In this document: positions 60,580 to 64,000 of the stretch, piece after piece
Layout: every line of letters starts with the position of its first letter
Numbering within the stretch: the first letter of the stretch is position 1
Source: Verrucomicrobiota bacterium
GTDB lineage: Bacteria > Verrucomicrobiota > Verrucomicrobiia > Opitutales > Seribacteraceae
NCBI GenBank assembly: GCA_027622665.1
Contig: JAQBYT010000011.1
Location: 36,815 to 100,814 of the forward strand
Direction: 5' to 3'
DNA length: 64,000 nt
The notes under the pieces: model-generated
Told to the model about the DNA's origin: nothing
Databases searched by the model: none
Seen by the model: the letters and a program-made list of their open reading frames with translations, nothing else
Made by a program: the position numbers and the translations under genes

Positions 60580-62562
60580 TCACTTGTTGTCGATAAGCTG
60601 TTGCACCACGGAAGGATCAGCTAGAGTCGAGGTATCCCCTATTTGGTCGATCTCCCCCGTGGAAATCTTGCGAAGGATACGCCGCATGATCTTACCCGAA
60701 CGCGTTTTCGGCAAGGAGGGAGCCCAGTGAATAACATCGGGGGTGGCGATCGGCCCGATCACTGTTCTAACCTGCTGCCTAAGCGCATTTCGCAAATCAT
60801 CCGAATATTCGACTCCTGCGTTCAGGGTAACATAGGCGTAGATGCCCTCCCCCTTCACCTCGTGGGGAAATCCGACCACGGCGGCCTCCGCCACATTCTC
60901 ATGGGCCACCAAGGCGCTTTCCACCTCGGCCGTGCCCATGCGGTGTCCGGAAACGTTCATGACGTCGTCCACCCGGCCCGTGATCCAGTAGTAGCCGTCC
61001 TCGTCGCGTCGACATCCGTCGCCCGTGAAGTAGTATCCCTTGTACTGCTGAAAATAGGTGGCCTCGAAACGCTCATGGTCTCCGTACACCGTACGCATCT
61101 GCCCGGGCCAAGGTTCCTTTATCGCGAGCACGCCGCTCACCCCGTTGCCTTCGAGTTCCACGCCCGTCTGCGGATCGAGGATCACAGGCTTAACCCCGAA
61201 GAATGGGAACGTAGCCGAACCCGGCTTCAGCGGGGTGCAACCCGGCAAAGGCGTAATCAGGATGCCCCCCGTCTCCGTTTGCCACCAAGTGTCCACGATA
61301 GGGCAGCGCTCCTTGCCCACGTTGCGGTGGTACCACCTCCAGGCCTCGGGGTTTATCGGCACGCCCACGCTGCCCAATATGCGAAGGCTGGGCATATCGT
61401 ATTTCGCGGGCCATTCCTCGCCTGCTGCAGCAATCGCCCGGATGGCTGTGGGTGCGGTGTAGAACTGGCTCACCTTCCACTTCTCGATCACCTGCCAGTA
61501 GCGATCGGGATTCGGGTAGGTCGGGATGCTCTCGAACATCGTGGTCGTAGCCCCGTTGGCGAGCGGACCGTAGACAATGTAGGAATGCCCAGTCACCCAG
61601 CCGATGTCGGCGGCGCAAAAGTAAATGTCCTCCTCCCGGCAGTCGAAGACGTACTTATGGGTCGTAGCGGCATAGACCATGTAGCCGCCCGTAGTATGGA
61701 GCACGCCCTTCGGCTGCCCCGTGGAGCCCGAGGTGTAGAGGATGAAGAGCGGGTCTTCCGCATCCATTTCCTCGCACGGACAATCGGTCGAGGCATCGGC
61801 CACCGTCTCGTGCCACCAGAGGTCGCGTCCTTCTTGCATCTCGCAGTCGATGCCCGAATCGTCGGACACCCGCTTCACCACGATGCAGGTTTCCACGTTC
61901 TCGCCCATCGCCTCGGAGGCGGAAGCCATGGCTTGGTCGGCGTTCGGCTTCATCGGTATGGCCTTGGCCCCTCGAAAGGTTCCGTTGGCGGTGATCAAGG
62001 TCTTGCAAGTGGAATCGGCTATGCGATCGGCCAAGGCCTCCGCGGAAAAACCGCCGAACACGATCGAGTGCACGGCCCCGATCCTGGCGCAGGCCAACAT
62101 CGCGACTGTGGCCTCGGGCACCATCGGCAGGTAAATGGAAACTCGGTCACCCTTCTTCACGCCGCGGCTCTTCAGGACGTTGGCGAAACGGCATACCTGT
62201 TCGTGCAGTTGGCGATAAGTGAGGGTGGCGTCCTCGCCCGGCTCGTTGCCCTCCCATATCACGGCGATCTTGTCTCCACGCGACTCCAAGTGCCTATCCA
62301 CGCAATTATAACAGACGTTGGTTCGGCCGCCCTCGAACCAGCGAAGGTCGATCGGCCCGGCGTTCATGTCGTAATTGTAGCTCCGCACGGAGTCCCATTT
62401 CCTGTACCAGTGGAACCCTTCGGCAACCTCCGCCCAAAATCCCTCGGGATCGGAAGCGCTCCTCTCGTAAAGCTCATGATATTGCTCCATATTGCACACG
62501 TGGGCGCCTGCCGAAGCGGTCTCGGGAGGGTGTATTATATCGGAATTGTCGTTTTCGCTCAT
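60580..62562 (-). CDS. acs: Acetate--CoA ligase
   Basis: [52 protein letters not shown]. Confidence 0.97.
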   Translation of the reverse strand: MSENDNSDIIHPPETASAGAHVCNMEQYHELYERSASDPEGFWAEVAEGFHWYRKWDSVRSYNYDMNAGPIDLRWFEGGRTNVCYNCVDRHLESRGDKIAVIWEGNEPGEDATLTYRQLHEQVCRFANVLKSRGVKKGDRVSIYLPMVPEATVAMLACARIGAVHSIVFGGFSAEALADRIADSTCKTLITANGTFRGAKAIPMKPNADQAMASASEAMGENVETCIVVKRVSDDSGIDCEMQEGRDLWWHETVADASTDCPCEEMDAEDPLFILYTSGSTGQPKGVLHTTGGYMVYAATTHKYVFDCREEDIYFCAADIGWVTGHSYIVYGPLANGATTTMFESIPTYPNPDRYWQVIEKWKVSQFYTAPTAIRAIAAAGEEWPAKYDMPSLRILGSVGVPINPEAWRWYHRNVGKERCPIVDTWWQTETGGILITPLPGCTPLKPGSATFPFFGVKPVILDPQTGVELEGNGVSGVLAIKEPWPGQMRTVYGDHERFEATYFQQYKGYYFTGDGCRRDEDGYYWITGRVDDVMNVSGHRMGTAEVESALVAHENVAEAAVVGFPHEVKGEGIYAYVTLNAGVEYSDDLRNALRQQVRTVIGPIATPDVIHWAPSLPKTRSGKIMRRILRKISTGEIDQIGDTSTLADPSVVQQLIDNK

Positions 62563-62642
62563 AATTGCTGCAGGTGTTAATCGAAGATAAAAGAATATCG
62601 GGATTGTGAGCTTCTTGTCGATGCGCTTTTCCTATCTTCCCG

Positions 62643-63704
62643 ATGCTCACCTCCGAACTTCACTACGAACTCCCACCGGACCGGATCGCCCAGGCACCCG
62701 CCGACAAGCGCGACGAATCCCGCCTGCTCGTCTACAACCGCGCCACCGGCGATACTTCCCATCACCGCTTTCGCAAACTTCCCGAACTCCTCCCCGTCGG
62801 CGCCCGCATATTCCGCAACGACGTATCCGTACTCAACGCCCGCCTCCCCGGACAACGCCCCACGGGCGGAAAGGTGGAGTGCCTTCTGTTGCGACCCGAC
62901 GCCCACCGAACCGACCTCTGGCGATGCCTCCTAAAACCCGGAGCCAAAACAGCAAAAGCCGGCGCTTTTTCCTTGCCCGGCGAATACGAAGCCAAGGTAC
63001 TGGATACTCTCTCCTCGGGCGAATACCTCGTAAGCTTCGAGCACCCGAACGATCCCGATGTCGCCGCGCTCGCCGGCCGCATCGGATCCCTGCCCCTGCC
63101 CCCCTACGTAAAGCGACCCGCAAACGCCGCAGACGCCGAACGCTACCAAACCGTATATGCCGACACCACCAAACGCACCGCCGTGGCCGCCCCCACCGCA
63201 GGGCTCCATTTCACCCCCGAGCTATTGGAGCAACTCGAAAGCCGCGGTCATCCCATTCACGACCTCACCCTGTCCGTAGGTCTGGGCACCTTCCGCCCCA
63301 TCGAAACCGAACGCGTGGACGATCACCCCATGCACGGGGAAACCTATCTCCTCCCGCCCAACGCCAAGGCCGCCTTACGCGAACCCGGCCCTCCCCGCCT
63401 CGCCGTAGGCACGACCACCGTGCGGGCGATCGAGCATCATCTCGCCCGAGGCGAAGACGACGAACCCGGCTCCCCCACCTTAGCCGAGGCCGATCTATTC
63501 ATACGCCCGCCCTACCCCTTTCTAGGAGTCGATGCCCTGCTGACCAATTTTCACCTGCCGGGCTCTACCCTGCTCTGCCTAGTCGCCGCATTCCTGCACA
63601 ACGAAGGAAAAGACGGACTGAAGATTCTAAAGGATCTCTACGCCCAAGCCCTCGACAACGACTACCGCTTCTACTCCTACGGGGACGCCATGCTGGTGCT
63701 GTAG
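62643..63704 (+). CDS. queA: S-adenosylmethionine:tRNA ribosyltransferase-isomerase
   Basis: IAQAP..RDESRL, PLPPYV, YQTVYA, VAAPTAGLHFT, VGTTTVR, TNFHLPGSTL, YRFYSYGDAM. Confidence 0.97.
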   Translation: MLTSELHYELPPDRIAQAPADKRDESRLLVYNRATGDTSHHRFRKLPELLPVGARIFRNDVSVLNARLPGQRPTGGKVECLLLRPDAHRTDLWRCLLKPGAKTAKAGAFSLPGEYEAKVLDTLSSGEYLVSFEHPNDPDVAALAGRIGSLPLPPYVKRPANAADAERYQTVYADTTKRTAVAAPTAGLHFTPELLEQLESRGHPIHDLTLSVGLGTFRPIETERVDDHPMHGETYLLPPNAKAALREPGPPRLAVGTTTVRAIEHHLARGEDDEPGSPTLAEADLFIRPPYPFLGVDALLTNFHLPGSTLLCLVAAFLHNEGKDGLKILKDLYAQALDNDYRFYSYGDAMLVL

Positions 63705-63721
63705 GCACCCCACACACTCTC

Positions 63722-64000
63722 TGTCATTGCGAGCCCGTTTAGGGCGTGGCAATCCAGTCTCCTCACTCTCTTGTCATTGCGAGGAAGGTCTCGAAGAGAA
63801 CTGACGTGGCAATCCAGTCTGGGACGTTATGTGGGATGCCCGGGGGATGCGGTGGGATGCCCGATGGTTCCGACTGGATTGCCGCGTCGCTTCGCTCCTC
63901 GCAATGACAACGGGGGGGACGGGAATGGCGAGGTGGTTTCGTCACGGTTTTCGGATGCCTGACCCAGTGCTGTCATTGCGAGGAAGGTCTCGAAGAGAAC
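63722..64000. repeat. Cluster of REP/MITE-like palindromic repeats (TGTCATTGCGAG-var-GGCAATCCAGTC)
   Basis: Copies at 63722-63760 (+), 63772-63820 (+), 63872-63909 (inverted) and 63971 to the window end (+, identical to the start of copy 2). Confidence 0.88.

Noticed and set aside
60643..62580. 645 aa ORF on the + strand
   Set aside because: Antisense shadow of acs, explained by high GC3; no recognisable motifs.
62606..63742. 378 aa Arg/Pro-rich ORF
   Set aside because: Alternate frame of queA in GC-rich DNA.
63763..63962. Short ORFs such as ...CHCEERSDAAIQ...
   Set aside because: Translations of the palindromic repeat, not supported as genes.
63722..64000. Possible CRISPR array
   Set aside because: Repeats vary internally, one is inverted and spacing is irregular; no cas genes in the window.

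Overview
Gene-dense bacterial chromosomal window with no tRNA, rRNA, CRISPR array or intact transposase that I can see. Gene content (mcsA-mcsB-clpC without ctsR, long GreA, three-ATP-cone NrdA, rpsP-trmD-rplS without rimM) suggests the PVC superphylum, probably Verrucomicrobia/Opitutales (inference). Most genes are housekeeping: nrdAB, folC-accD, truA, aspS, rplS/trmD/rpsP, coaD, pgsA/pgpA, ptsH/ptsI, ispDEF, pyrF, ndk, clpC, ilvE, acs, queA. Accessory parts are two tandem amtB-glnK pairs (the first behind a sigma54 promoter), a glucosylglycerate-type compatible-solute cluster and a TetR-regulated RND pump. The most unusual items are: (1) a circularly permuted DsbD-type protein whose membrane topology still works, directly downstream of a gene fusing an IS3-OrfA-like HTH to a TM helix and a vWA-like domain; (2) an NrdB with the tyrosyl-radical-less class Ic (Mn/Fe) signature; (3) an M20-family protein lacking key catalytic residues, translationally coupled to gpgS; (4) palindromic GTCATTGCGAG...GCAATCC repeats in a GC-rich right end. 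All calls come from reading motifs by eye; no searches were run.
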